Source of the DNA: Eledone cirrhosa
Taxonomy: Eukaryota
Reading direction: 5' to 3'
DNA: 64,000 bases
Assembly (NCBI GenBank): GCA_964016885.1
Contig: OZ024740.1
Coordinates: 201,128,001 to 201,192,000 of the forward strand
Shown: positions 12,436-25,394 of the stretch, in pieces
Layout of the letters: every line of letters starts with the position of its first letter
How positions within the stretch are numbered: position 1 is the stretch's first letter
Notes under the pieces: generated by a model
What the model saw: only the letters and a program-made list of their open reading frames with translations
What the model was told of the DNA's origin: nothing
Databases searched by the model: none
Translations under genes and position numbers: made by a program

Positions 12436-12636
12436 TGTTGAGCGTTGTATTATTTTGTACCAAATCAAAGGTTTTTATTCAATCTAAGAATAATATTGAA
12501 AGAGTCAATAAGAGAAGAAATTAGTATGGGTCAACAATACAACAAACAAGAACAGAACGAATACAATGAATAAGAATAAAAAGGAATCAAATCAAAGAGA
12601 AGAAAGTGATGCTATAAAACAAATCATATCATCACA
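12436..12636 (-). repeat. Putative 3' LTR of the Gypsy element
   Basis: On the minus strand a polypurine tract AGAGGGAAAGAA follows the pol stop, then TGTGA...TCAACA (~200 bp) with an internal AATAAA. No matching 5' LTR was seen. Confidence 0.6.
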
Positions 12637-12652
12637 TTCTTTCCCTCTAGCG

Positions 12653-15600
12653 TTAATCGTTGTATCGCATTGGCCTCACTACTAAGCGTCCTCGGCGTGT
12701 TCTTTGTTTTTGGGGTATGTTATTCGAGGTTAAGAATGTGTCAGAAGATTCATTGTCGTCGAATTCAGCACTCTCTGTAGGTTTGTCATCGGCGGTAGAT
12801 GTCATACTTTTGTTCCCAACTGCCACGGGTATATATATTGCTGTTGGTTGAGTTAAATTGGCGCCTTTTGGGGAGTTATTATTCTGACACCCCGATATTG
12901 TTGAATTTCCATTGTTTTGTGGTGATGCTGCTGGTGCAAGATTTGTAGTTGAGACTGTATCTATTCTTCCACTATTAAATTGTACCTTGGCAAAGTGGGG
13001 TGAGATCGTCTTGATGAGTTGAACGTTTTCCGTGAGATCATCACCTTTATTCCTTATGTGACGTCGATGTAGCACAATTGTGCCCGGCTTATTTAGAAAC
13101 TCTGGTATTTCTGTGCCGTTGTTTGTCGATCTGGTGAATGAAAATACTCTTTCATGTGGTGTGGCGTTTGTAGCAGTGCGAAGCAAGCCTCGGATAGACG
13201 ACAGAGCGATTGGAATCATGTTACTCCATTCATTTTTATTTGTCTTCAATGCCAGACTTATCACTGTGCATATTGTGCCGTTAACTCTTTCGCATTGGCC
13301 GTTGGCTTGGGGTCGATATGGCGTGGCGTGGCTTTTTATAATGTTATTACTCCATAAGAAATCTTTGAGTTTTTGTGATTCAAATTAACGTCCCCTATCT
13401 GTATGAATGAAACTGGGTTTTCCAAATATAGAAAATATCTCCAATAGATGTTTAATTACTACATCCGTTGTTATCTCTTTACAGGGAATGGCGAATGGAA
13501 AACGTGAGTACTCGTCAACTATAGTCAATATAAATCGAAAACCGTTTGAGATAGCCATGGGACCCACAAAGTCCATTGATAGTCTTTCCCGGGGTCTTGT
13601 GGCATGTATTAATCTTCCTTTGGGTGGTTTATAGAATTGTGGTTTACATTCACGGCATAATTTGCAATTGGCGATAACTTCTCTTATTTCATTAATAGAA
13701 TATGCCAAGTTCATTGATTTACAATAATGTAGAAGTCTGGTGACCCCCGGATGACATAGACGTGAGTGAATATTGTATAATTCGTGTTCTGTCTTAGTAG
13801 AGCAGCAGTGCGATAGGGCGTCTGCGGCTTGGTTTAATGAACCAGGTCTATATGAGAAGGTAAGGTTAAGATTGCTTAACTCCAGTCGCCAGCGGGCTAC
13901 CTTCTCGTTTTTAATCTTGGAAGTGTGTATTTTGTTGAACGCAAATGCAACCGATCGTTGGTCTGTTATGATATTACAATGTGGAACAGCGCTGATCATA
14001 TGCCTCCATTTTCTACAACATTCTATAATTGCGCAAGCTTCCTTTTCGATGATGGGATGTCCTCTTTCTGACTTATTTAGGGTTCTACTAAGAAAATCAA
14101 TTGGACGACCATTTTGTGATAGAGTTCCGCCAATGGTAATATTTGATGCGTTGGTTTTGATTATAAATGGTGCAGTGAAATCGGGTGAACACAGTGATGC
14201 CTTTATGAGTTCTTCCTTCATCTTATTAATAGTAGATTTTTCTTCGTTTGATAGACCTTGTTTATCAATGGTGTTTCTTGCCTTTGTAAGAACGACGGAG
14301 AGGTTAGAAGAGACCTTAATCCATTTAGCATAGTATGCAAAAAGACCGATTACCGGTTCAACTCTTTTAACGTCTTTGGGAACGGCGTGTCAATAAGGGC
14401 TTTATACCTTTCAGGGTCCGGTCTTAATTTACCTTTTTCTATGACATGTCCAAGGAAATGTATTCTATTTTGATTAAAGCTGCATTTGTCTCGATTCAAT
14501 TGCCTTCCTGCATTGTTAGTTGCATTCATGAATTGCTTTAGGTTATGGTTATGTTCTTCGACTGTGTCTCCTCCTATAATAATGTCGTCAAGGTATGAAT
14601 AGGTATTTTGTAAGTTGTAATTGTCTATGAAAGTGTCCATTATTCGTTGGAAAATTGGAACAGCATTTGTGCATCCAAACGGATGACGGGTAAATTCGTA
14701 TAGTCGGCCACAGGCCTCGAATGCAGTCAACTTAAAGTCGGAAGATTTGATGGGTATTTTGTGATAAGCCGCCTTTAGATCTATTTTCGAGAAATACGTG
14801 TGTTTTGAAATTTTGTTGAGTAGGTCTTCGATTATGGCATTAGGGTATGAATCTAATAGTGTGTAACGATTTATCGTGGCTGAGTAGTCTATGACAAGAC
14901 GTTTTTTTGTTTTCTTGATCTATTACGAAGCACTGCGCTCTCCATGGGCTTCTGCTCTGTTGAATTATTCCAGCTTTAAGCATTCTGTCGATTTCCGTTT
15001 TAATGAATTGCTGGTCTTTATTGTATTTTCGAGGAGGTATAGATAATTGTTTCTACTTTAGGCACAAGGCCAGCAATTATCCAGTGCATTACTGGTACTT
15101 TATTTTATCGACCCCGTAAGGATGAAAGGCAAAGTCAACCTCGGCGGGATTTGAACTCAGATCGTAAAGGGACGTAACTATGCTGGAAAGCATGGCGTCC
15201 GACCCTCTACCGATACTGCCAATCCATGCCGAGGAGGTATAGATAATGGTTTTAATTTTGTAGTATTGATACCAGGCATTAAATCATATTCTTCACAATT
15301 CAGAGTTTCCATTGACATACATATCGTGACTGGTTTCATGTCCCCCGCATATTTTATTGTTAAAGACTTATGCCTTTTAAGTATATCAAGACCCATAACT
15401 ACTGGAGCAATGAGTTTGTCAACCATCATTAGATCGATGTGGTATTCTCAGCCCTCCCATTCTAATGTTGTTTCAAACGTACCTCGTATTATGAGTTTAC
15501 TGTTGTCGGCTAAAATTACACTCTTATTCTTAGTTTTCTTGAATTTACTTTGCCATTTCGACAAGAGGTTCATGTCAATGAAAGACTTGTCTGAGCCTGT

Positions 15601-16435
15601 GTCAAGCAAACCTTCTGTTTTATGTGAATTGACATAAATTGTTAAAAGGTTTGTATTATGATTCACGGAAGCAAGTTTATAACAGGCAGCAAGATTACTG
15701 CCATCATAGGCTTCATCGGGACCCTCGTTATTGTTCAAGACTGCTGCGTGTTTTATCTTCTTTAGTACCTTCTTATTTTTAACAAAACATACTGTTGCCC
15801 AGTGGCCTTTCTTGTGGCAGAAATTGCAAGTTGAATTTTTTTCAGGGCACTCTGATTTTTGGTGATATGAACCATCACACCAGAAACATTTTGATGAAGA
15901 AGCAGCGAATACGGGTTGTGACGGCAGTGGTATTGTTGTTGTTGACAGATTTTGTGCGTCTTCTATTGCCAGTTCTAATGTGAGAGCGGCTTGGAATATT
16001 TTATCTAGATTTTCGTCAGGTGATTCCAGAAGTCGTTGTTTTATGGTGGCGGATTGAACACCCGACACGAACGCATCACAAATCAACAATTGTCTATGTT
16101 GTTCCCCTGTTAGGGGTTTAGTGGTGCATTTCTTTGTGAGGGCTTTTAATTCAGTCATGTAGGCCTCCAATGATTTCCCTTCTTGTTGACGATGGTTGCG
16201 TAGTTTATGTGAGGTCATTGTTGCTGAGCCTTTCTTTTGAAATTTATTATCAAGAATGGATAATGCATCATCGAATGATGTTGCTTCTTCAAAGAGAGTA
16301 TAAGCATTGGCTCCGCAGAGAACCAGAAGGACTTACTTTCGTCAGGAACAGACAAGTTTTCCAAATAGATCGCCAACATTCTCTGCCAGTAGGCATAATC
16401 GGATTCACTAGGATCATCCGGAAGAATTTTCTTGA
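12653..16435 (-). pseudogene. Ty3/Gypsy gag-pol (gag zinc knuckles, protease, RT, RNase H, integrase), disrupted
   Basis: CFWC/CNFCHKKGHWATVC; LLDTGSDKS; PFGCTNA..YLDD; TNASN..IEKEA..ITDQ; HSRLCHPG..CKLC, MDFVGP..VDEYSRF..HTDRG. Domain order PR-RT-RH-IN. Confidence 0.92.
15048..15229 (-). mobile_element. tRNA-derived SINE inserted in Gypsy pol with an 18-bp TSD
   Basis: CGAGGAGGTATAGATAAT at 15030-15047 and 15230-15247. The body is the reverse complement of the SINE at 18852. Confidence 0.9.
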
Positions 16436-17100
16436 ATATTTTTCGAAACAGCGAGCGGGTTTGAAATTATTATAAATGTAAGCTATCGCCGTATTTTGAC
16501 TAAAGAAATTAAAGAAATTATTTAGCCTGATAGTGGGGTTAAGAACCGTCAGAGAAGTGGAAAAAGATGAGTATTGACGCACATGAGAGTCGAACCCACA
16601 TCTTTGGTTATCCAGACCACTGTGGTACCATTTACACCAACACATCACCCGTCTTTTTCTATTCAAATTAGAAGCTATAAACTTAGCGACTGTAATGTCA
16701 AGTAAGAATATTTTTCGACTCCCATGTACGTCAATACTCATCTTTTTCCATTTCCCCGAGGGTTCTTAACCCCACTATCAGGCTAAATAAATTCTTTAAT
16801 TTCTTTAGTCAAAATACGGCGATAGCTTACATTTATAATAATTTCAAACCCACTCGCTGTTTCGAAAAATATTCTTACTTGACATTACAGTCGCTAAGTT
16901 TATAGCTTCTAATTTGAATGGAAAAAGACGAGTGATGTATTGGTGTAAATGGTAGCACAGTGGTCCAGATAACCAAAGATGTGGGTTCGACTCCCATGTA
17001 CTTCAATACTTATCTTTTTCCATTTCTCCTAGGGTTCTTAACCCCATTATCAGGCTAAAATAATTTCTTTAGTCAAAATACGGCGATAGTTTACATATAT
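16433..17100. mobile_element. ~273-bp monomer with tRNA-like A/B boxes: one inverted monomer (16433-16718) then ~1.4 tandem monomers ending in (TA)n
   Basis: TGGTGTAAATGGTAG...GGTTCGACTCC at ~16940-16995 and, reversed, at ~16585-16645. cccatgtac recurs at ~16720 and ~16993. Confidence 0.7.
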
Positions 17101-17181
17101 ATATATATGAGCGGAACAAGTAAACATTAAACAATCTTTTAAATAAATTAAAATACGATTTAAATATTTACCTCTTCTAGT

Positions 17182-17261
17182 GCCATGACCGACGGTTTCG
17201 CTAATCAAAAGATTGGAAATTCAGAGAATTTCCAATGGAAAGATATAGCTCTTCAGATAGC
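17182..17261 (-). ncRNA. Type-I hammerhead ribozyme, family C, intact core with extended stem II
   Basis: Minus strand reads GCTAT-CTGAAGA-GCTA...[ATTGGAAATTC tct GAATTTCCAAT]...TAGC-GAAACC gtc GGTC-ATGGC. Stem I is GCTAT/ATGGC. Confidence 0.8.
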
Positions 17262-17293
17262 TTTTCCAAACCTACTAGATATAAATCCACATA

Positions 17294-17895
<602 letters not shown>

Positions 17896-18019
17896 CTGGA
17901 GGTGTGACCGATAGATAGTATTAGCAATGGGAAAGACCAATGGAAACATTTTTCCTCGGTCCGATTTGACGAAAGTCGATTGATCCTTTAAATATATATA
18001 TATATTATATATTATATAT

Positions 18020-18202
18020 ATATATAGAGGAAGTAAAAAACAACAACAACACAGGGGTACAAGTTACGAAAGGTATCAGGTTCGCGCTTATTGAGAGTGG
18101 GGTGTGTGGGTGCGACGTTTCGGGCATAAGCCTTTCATCAGAAGAATGGTGGAAAGGAGGAGAAGAGGAGCTCTGAGAGGGAGTGAATAAAAATAAAACA
18201 TG

Positions 18203-18241
<39 letters not shown>

Positions 18242-18450
18242 ACATGTTTTATTTTTATTTTCTTCCACTAACTCCCCCTTCACTCCCTCTCAGAACTCCT
18301 CTTCTCCTTCTTCCCACCACTCGCCTGATGAAGGGCTTATGCCCGAAACGTCGCACCCACACACCCCACTCTCAATAAGCGTGTAACTTGTGTAACTCGT
18401 AACTTGTACCCCTGTGTTGCTGTTGATTTTTACTTCCTCTATATATAAAT
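18020..18450. mobile_element. Fold-back element, family D, with HHR motifs at 18325-18352 (+) and ~18113-18141 (-); degenerate relative at ~57340-57470
   Basis: Arms ~18020-18210 and ~18235-18450 are inverted copies. The core reads CTGATGAA-GGGC ttat GCCC-GAAACGTC. (TA)n lies on both sides. Confidence 0.75.
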
Positions 18451-18546
18451 ATATACTTCCCCTATATATAAATATATATATATATTTATATATACTCTTT
18501 TACCTGTTTCAGCCATCCGGCTGAAGCCATGCTGGGGCACCGCCCT

Positions 18547-18677
<131 letters not shown>

Positions 18678-18851
18678 TATATATATCTGAAACAGAATAT
18701 CCAGTGAAAGGTGAAAGCAGTGATTCTTTGCTTAAACTTTAATCTGTTATTTTAATAAATATTTGCTCTAGGGTTCTTAAATATTTGATATATATTTATC
18801 CCTATCGAGCCTTCTTTGGATTTTAGTCTTCACATTTATTATTATTATTAT

Positions 18852-19033
18852 CGGTGGATTGGCAGTATCGGTAGAGGGTCGGACGCCATGCTTTCCAGCA
18901 TAGTTACGTCCCTTTACGATCTGAGTTCAAATCCCGCCGAGGTTGACTTTGCCTTTCATCCTTACGGGGTCGATAAAATAAAGTACCAGTAATGCACTGG
19001 GTAATTGCTGGCCTTGTGCCTAAAGTAGAAGCA

Positions 19034-19050
<17 letters not shown>
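18852..19050 (+). mobile_element. tRNA-derived SINE (main family)
   Basis: GGATTGGCAGTATCGGTAG A-box, GAGTTCAAATCC B-box, central CCTTTCATCCTTACGGGGTCGATAAAATAAAGTACCAG, and an (ATT)n tail. Confidence 0.9.
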
Positions 19051-19078
<28 letters not shown>

Positions 19079-19176
19079 TCGGTTGAGTTAGTCGTCCTTC
19101 ACTATAGCTGGAAAAAATCTGGTTATGTCACCCCTGGAGACAGAAAAAGGCTATTATTTATAGTATCCGACGACTA

Positions 19177-19357
19177 GGTGGATTGGCAGTATCGGTAGAA
19201 GATCGGACGCCATGCTTTCCACCATAGTTACGTCCCTTTACGGTCTGAGTTCAAATCCCATCGAGGTTAACTTTGCCTTACGGGGTCGATAAAATAAAGT
19301 ACCAGTAATGCACTGGATAATAACTGGCCTTGTGCCAAAAGTAGAAACAATTATTAT
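19177..19357 (+). mobile_element. tRNA-derived SINE (main family)
   Basis: Same sequence as the 18852 copy with a small internal deletion. Confidence 0.88.
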
Positions 19358-20135
19358 AGTTGCTATGTTGGGACGGCTACATTTCATATATATGTATATA
19401 TACATGATGACATTCTCTAGAATATAGCTTTCACTAGGGCTCTGTATTTCTGAAATATTTGCAAATTTGGCACGTTCAAAATACACAACATGCATTTTTA
19501 TGATAGTTGAATTAGACGTTTCATTGGCATATTTCCCATTTGGCAGGTTTGACGCCTTGTTTTTGTAATTGTTTCTTTGATGCTCTTCAGTGTTATATTC
19601 ACTGCCATTTTTACCTTCTATCCCTCCGTGAGTCTCCCTAATTAAATGTCATCTTTTTTTTGTCCCCCCCCCCCCCCCGTGTAATTAGGTTGCACGAACT
19701 CTCTGTTTTCTCGCGAGATTTAAAGTTTCCGGAATCGATTTTCATTTCTTTTCACAAACTCTTCTCTATAAAAATAAACGAACCTCTCTACGTTAAAACA
19801 TTTGACGATAAAATGTTACCTAAATCATTTAACGTTGCGTTTAAAATTCCAAACACAACATTGTCGTAGGAATGTATATTGATTTAACAGCAACTTACTT
19901 GATAATCACATCTGTGTAGTTTTAAAAAGTGTATACCAGACAAGCGTAGCTATGTGGTTAAAAATATGTGTATTCCCCAAACATGGTTTCTGGTACAAGT
20001 ATAGCTTTGCGATAGAAAAGGTGGGTACTTGACAAAGCTGGTTGTATAGTTTAAATGCCTAGCATAAACATCATATGTATAGGACAGACGTGATTGCATT
20101 GTCGTTAAAAATTGTGTAGACGACAAGCATAACTG

Positions 20136-20328
20136 CAGACCAGCCAACCTCTAAATACCCAAACGGAGAGAACCATAAAAAAGTACCCCAAAACGGGGAG
20201 AAATGAGGTAAAATGGGGAGATTTTACATAATGAAAGCTATACCCATTTTCACAAAAGAAGACATCTCTCACCCAGCCCAAAGTGGGTAGGAGATCTCCC
20301 CGTCAGATGGGGAGAGTTGACAGATCTG
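20136..20328. mobile_element. Putative MITE with imperfect TIRs and a 6-bp TSD
   Basis: Ends CAGACCAGCCAAC...GTTGACAGATCTG, with TAACTG immediately on both sides (20130-20135 and 20329-20334). Internal GGGGAGA repeats. Confidence 0.6.
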
Positions 20329-21786
20329 TAACTGTACAGTTTTAAAAGCGTATACTCATGAAGTATAGTTGTGCGGATTAAAAATCATAACTCGCCCAAT
20401 CATAACTGTAAATTAAAACGTTATGTACCCGATAACATTGACTGTGTGATTGTTTAGAGTGTGTGTACACGACAAGCCTAACTGTTTATAAGAGGTACAC
20501 TTCACGCACGGGTTCCGATTAGCTCCTACTGTATGGTACAGTATAGAGTCAGTGATTTCACCACTGCTTCAGATTTACCAATACACTGCGAGTAGGATGT
20601 TGGTTTCATCCCAACGTAAACAAACTGCAACAGTCTTGTGGTACTTAGTCACTTAGTTACAGTCAAATCAATATATTCACTAAACTCTGTAAGTTGTATA
20701 ATTCTAAGTTACAATAAAATGTAAATCTTGTTTTATCTAAATGATAGATTTTTATCTTATTTTATTTACTTTATAAAATCATTGAAAAACGAATTGAATT
20801 TGTGAAACCTGTATGGAATGTTAACAAAGAATATCATTTAAAAGTATATAAAATCTATAAGTGTATTTTCAACGGTAAAATTTCCCTCTCGCTTTATATA
20901 TACATGTGTGCGTGTATAAGGATGGATTTAATGGGGGGTGGGTCAAAGGGGGGATTACCCCGGGTTTCTGTGATGAGGGACCCCACCAGCGACGGTCGTA
21001 GCAATTTATTTGTACCTTCAGCTGGACTTTTTAGTTTTAGGATAGTTAGAATGTTTGAATTTAATACCTGTATATATAAGTATTCAATTCCAATTACTTG
21101 CACCAAGCTAACTTTGATATGTAAAATTGGGTGTTTGATGGTGTAGAGCGGATAAAGGTGGGTTCAAAGGTGGTGGTGGTGGAAGTTGAGATATATATAT
21201 GTGTGTGTGTGTGTATGTATGTGAGTGTTTGTCTGTATATCTGGTTTCTCCTCCCTCTCTCGTTTTTATGTAACAATCTAGTGTCACTCCACTGCTGCCT
21301 CACTTCAAACTATGTTTTACTTCGCTTTCCACTGCTCATTCGCTTTCATTTATCATTTACCCCCCCCCCCCCCTCTCTCTCTTTCGTTTATTATGTATTT
21401 CTTGTTTATATCTCCTCGTTTTTTCCACTCTTTCCATACACCCTGCTGTTCTCATAACGAACGAATACTCTATTGCTTATCTCTCCAGTCTCTTTCTCTA
21501 TCTATCTATCTATCTCTATAGTGGTGGTGGTGGTGCTGCTGGTGCTGGTTATATTGTTGATGGTGATTGTGGTGGAAGGGTGGGGGTGATGTGGTGGTGG
21601 TAATAGTTAATTGCGTGTTGATGTGTTCGTGCTGGTATGGCAGATGTGATGTTGGTTTTGTGGTGGTGGTGGTGGTGGTGGTGGTGGTGTATGTGTGTGT
21701 GTATGTTTGTGTGTATGTGCGTGTGCATGTATGTGTGTGTATGTGTGTGTGTGTGTATGTGCGTGTGTGTGTCGTTCATTATTTTC

Positions 21787-21937
21787 GTCGGACGCCATGC
21801 TTTGCAGCATAGTTACATCCCTTTATGATCTGAGTTCAAATCCCGCCGAGGTTAACGTTGCCTTTCATCCTTACGGGGTCGATAAAATAAAGTAGTGGGT
21901 AATTGCTGGCCTTGTGCCAAATGTAGAAACAATTATT
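21787..21937 (+). mobile_element. 5'-truncated SINE (main family)
   Basis: gtcggacgccatgcttt...gagttcaaatcccgccgagg...gtagaaacaattatt. Confidence 0.85.
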
Positions 21938-22349
21938 TTTCACTTGGCCAGGAGGATGTATATGTACTCGTAACATGTGCAGGTCTTATGTGTCCGGTGA
22001 GACTTGAAGCTGCCAATGTTCGGTTTAAATTGCAGCAAGTCAACTCCTGATATCAACTACCATGAAAGACATGTACAGAGAAAGAACTACATAGTTGCGA
22101 GGGGGAGTTCCGGGAGAGAAAGGAGTATAAATAGAAGTTATTGCAGTTCCTGGGGTGATGAGGGCAGGAAAGACGAATGAGACGGGAGTGCCAGATTTAG
22201 GGTGGCATATAGTCAGACCAGCTACAATGAGCTGCTACCATTGCAATAAGAGGTAGAAATATGGACCAAAAGCTGAAGCATGTCTATCAAAGATTTTACT
22301 CCAGTCAGACGAGTGACATTCTTCTGGATGTAGTCTAGTATATACATAT

Positions 22350-22809
22350 ATATATATAAAGAAATAGGATTTCGCTTCAAGCATAGCTTTATACAATATG
22401 TATAAATACTTCGTATCTCCAAAGAAATACGGTTTTAGGAAGCCGAAGCAAGGGGGACAACCGTCTATGCATTTCAGGCTTAACTGGCTGCCCTTGAAGC
22501 GAAATCTTATTTCTTTTCTATTATAAGTTGAGCAAACTTATGCAGCCTTCATATGCAAATGAGATTAATTACCTCATTTACACAGACGAGAAAACTATAT
22601 ATTCTCGCCTGTCTTCTAGTCCAGCAGTCGCGAGCGGTGGGAGGGACCGTCCTGATGAAGGCCAGTTAAGCCTGAAATGCATAGACGGTTGTCCCCCTTG
22701 CTCTGCGGACATCACCAGAGGGCGTTAGCCCCCCCCCCCCCCTCCACGGTGTTTGCATAGCTACGGCTTCCTAAAACCGTATTTCTTTGGAGATACGAAA
22801 TATTTATAC

Positions 22810-22810
<1 letters not shown>
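22350..22810. mobile_element. Fold-back element, family E
   Basis: ~22400-22487 is the reverse complement of ~22660-22805 (with an insertion in the right arm). A nested short inversion pairs ~22358-22381 with ~22494-22515. TA-rich flanks. Confidence 0.75.
22646..22689 (+). ncRNA. Minimal type-I hammerhead ribozyme, family E, fully paired
   Basis: ACCGTC-CTGATGA-AGGC cagttaa GCCT-GAAAT gc ATA-GACGGT. Stem I is 6 bp, stem II is 4 bp, stem III is the palindrome ATGCAT. Confidence 0.85.
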
Positions 22811-22845
<35 letters not shown>

Positions 22846-23082
22846 ATGTGTGTGTGTGTGTATGTGTGTGTGTGTGTGTGTGTTTATATGTTAATTCAAG
22901 CATGTGCTGGTAATTACCGACACTGCAATATGCAGGGTAGAGCACTCGACGAAGTGTACAGGTGGATCTGTTTAATCCGGATTATATTTTATCAACAAAA
23001 AGTGTAAGTCAACAGGTTCAAATGAACCTCGTTTATTCAGAGACTATGAATAAATTAACCTGTTGACTTACGCTTCTTGTTG

Positions 23083-23147
<65 letters not shown>

Positions 23148-23283
23148 CATATATACATGCATACATACACACGCGTTTTATATAATATATTTATACTTGG
23201 TTGGAATTTTCAAAACTGAGGAGCGACGGGTACTACTGCTACTGTATATATATATATGTGTGTGTGGGTGTGGGTGGGTGTGT

Positions 23284-23371
<88 letters not shown>

Positions 23372-23482
23372 ATATGTTTTCTTTTTTCTATAAAAAATGC
23401 AATGGTTTCTAACAAAGAAACAAATCTCCATTGCAGGAATTTTAATGTATGCGTGTATGCATTTCGGTATGCATATGTGTTC

Positions 23483-23513
<31 letters not shown>

Positions 23514-23665
23514 TGTATGTATGTATGTATATGGATGGATGAGTGCGTGTATGTTTGAATGTGCATGCATATATGCATATGAATGAACTTGTGTATGTGT
23601 GTATGTCTGTATGTGCATAATCCCGTAACTATAATCATATCAGTTTCGTTAAATGTATATGGAGA

Positions 23666-23767
<102 letters not shown>

Positions 23768-23779
23768 TATATATATATA

Positions 23780-23960
23780 AATGCAGAGGTTATATTTAAT
23801 TTGTTGGGATTCAACATTTATTTATCAATATTTATTTATAAAACAAATCTGTATTTTATCTGATGAAAGCGCACCATAATTTGCCTTGGTGGCCCTTGAA
23901 ATATGTATAATAAAATAAATATGGTTTTATAAATATAGTTTCCATTTATTAATACATTGT
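23780..23960 (+). mobile_element. HHR-like element, family F, between (TA)n tracts; second copy ~61877-62070
   Basis: TTTTAT-CTGATGA-AAGCGCACCA...TGGTGGCCCTT-GAAATATGTA-TAATAAAA at ~23854-23915. Confidence 0.65.
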
Positions 23961-23977
23961 ATATATATATATATATA

Positions 23978-24167
<190 letters not shown>

Positions 24168-24737
24168 AATGTATATGTATGTATATATATATGTATATAT
24201 GTGTGTGTGTGTGTCTGTGTGTGTATGTGTGCGCGTGTATTTGTATGTATAGATACGCGAATGCATTTTCTGTGCGCGCCGTTTTCTGTGTGCATACCGT
24301 ATTGTTGCAATTTCTAAAGACATTATAAAATGTATTATTTTTCTCTCTCACCATCCCCACCATCTCTCACTCTGCCAACTCGCGACACTATGGCTAACTA
24401 CAGCATTAACCTCTGTTTTTACTTCAGATATTTTACGACCTTTCACCAACTAGCTCTTCGAATGTCGGTGATGTTGTAAGCCAGTGAAATTACTGCTCAT
24501 AAAAGACAGTATTATCTACATAAATTACTATTGCCAGTGAATGCAATTAAATTTTGTTTGAATAACAACTCTTAAGAAGCTATTCCAGGGTTGTTCATTC
24601 AACGAACAGAAGGCTTTAGAAATATTTAGATTGGTTTCCTTATGTTATTACTTTTCTTTGAGAAGCTAAAATAGGAAATAAAATAAAATAATAAAAAATT
24701 AGATATAAACGAAATAAATAGATAAATAACGATGTAA

Positions 24738-24768
<31 letters not shown>

Positions 24769-25016
24769 AAATAGTATATAACAATATAAATACCAATATG
24801 ATGAAATAAATTAAAATAGAAAAGGAACGAGTCGCCATTTTTTCCACTACAAAGGCCTTTTATTCTTGTTGCTTTAATTGAATCGTGATATTTGATCGCA
24901 TATAATAAAATTTTGGGGAATTTTCTAGAACAAGTGAGCTTAGTTAGAGATACTTCGTGGTTCTGATTATTTTTATGTTTTATAGTAATACGATCAAGAA
25001 TGAATATATACATTAC

Positions 25017-25048
<32 letters not shown>

Positions 25049-25127
25049 GTGTCTGTGTATATATCTATATATGTGTCTGTGTATATATCTATATATATAT
25101 GTGTCTGTGTGTATATCTATATATGTG

Positions 25128-25164
<37 letters not shown>

Positions 25165-25169
<5 letters not shown>

Positions 25170-25389
25170 AGTATGTATGTATGTATACGTACATACATAT
25201 ATGTATACAGACGTACAGTAGTATGTATATATATACACATAGATGCACACATATATATATATATGCACGTATCGGTTTACCGAACATTTATTATAATGCT
25301 CGGTTTGTTTGTTTAAACAAACAGCCCGAATTACGCCATACAGTGTTTAAACAAGCACGTCACCTTTTTGTTCAACACTGACACAGGAA
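25165..25389 (-). mobile_element. Partial copy of family I element (portion downstream of the HHR cleavage site)
   Basis: Matches ~60660-60878 and stops at acacaggaa. Confidence 0.75.
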
Positions 25390-25394
25390 ATATA

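Noticed and set aside
16930-17005. Possible tRNA gene
   Set aside because: A/B boxes are present but there is no convincing cloverleaf, and it is embedded in a repeated monomer. It is treated as tRNA-derived, as are the SINE heads.
19910-20490. CRISPR-like periodic repeat
   Set aside because: The units are degenerate without an identical repeat/unique spacer pattern, there are no cas genes, and the context is eukaryotic.
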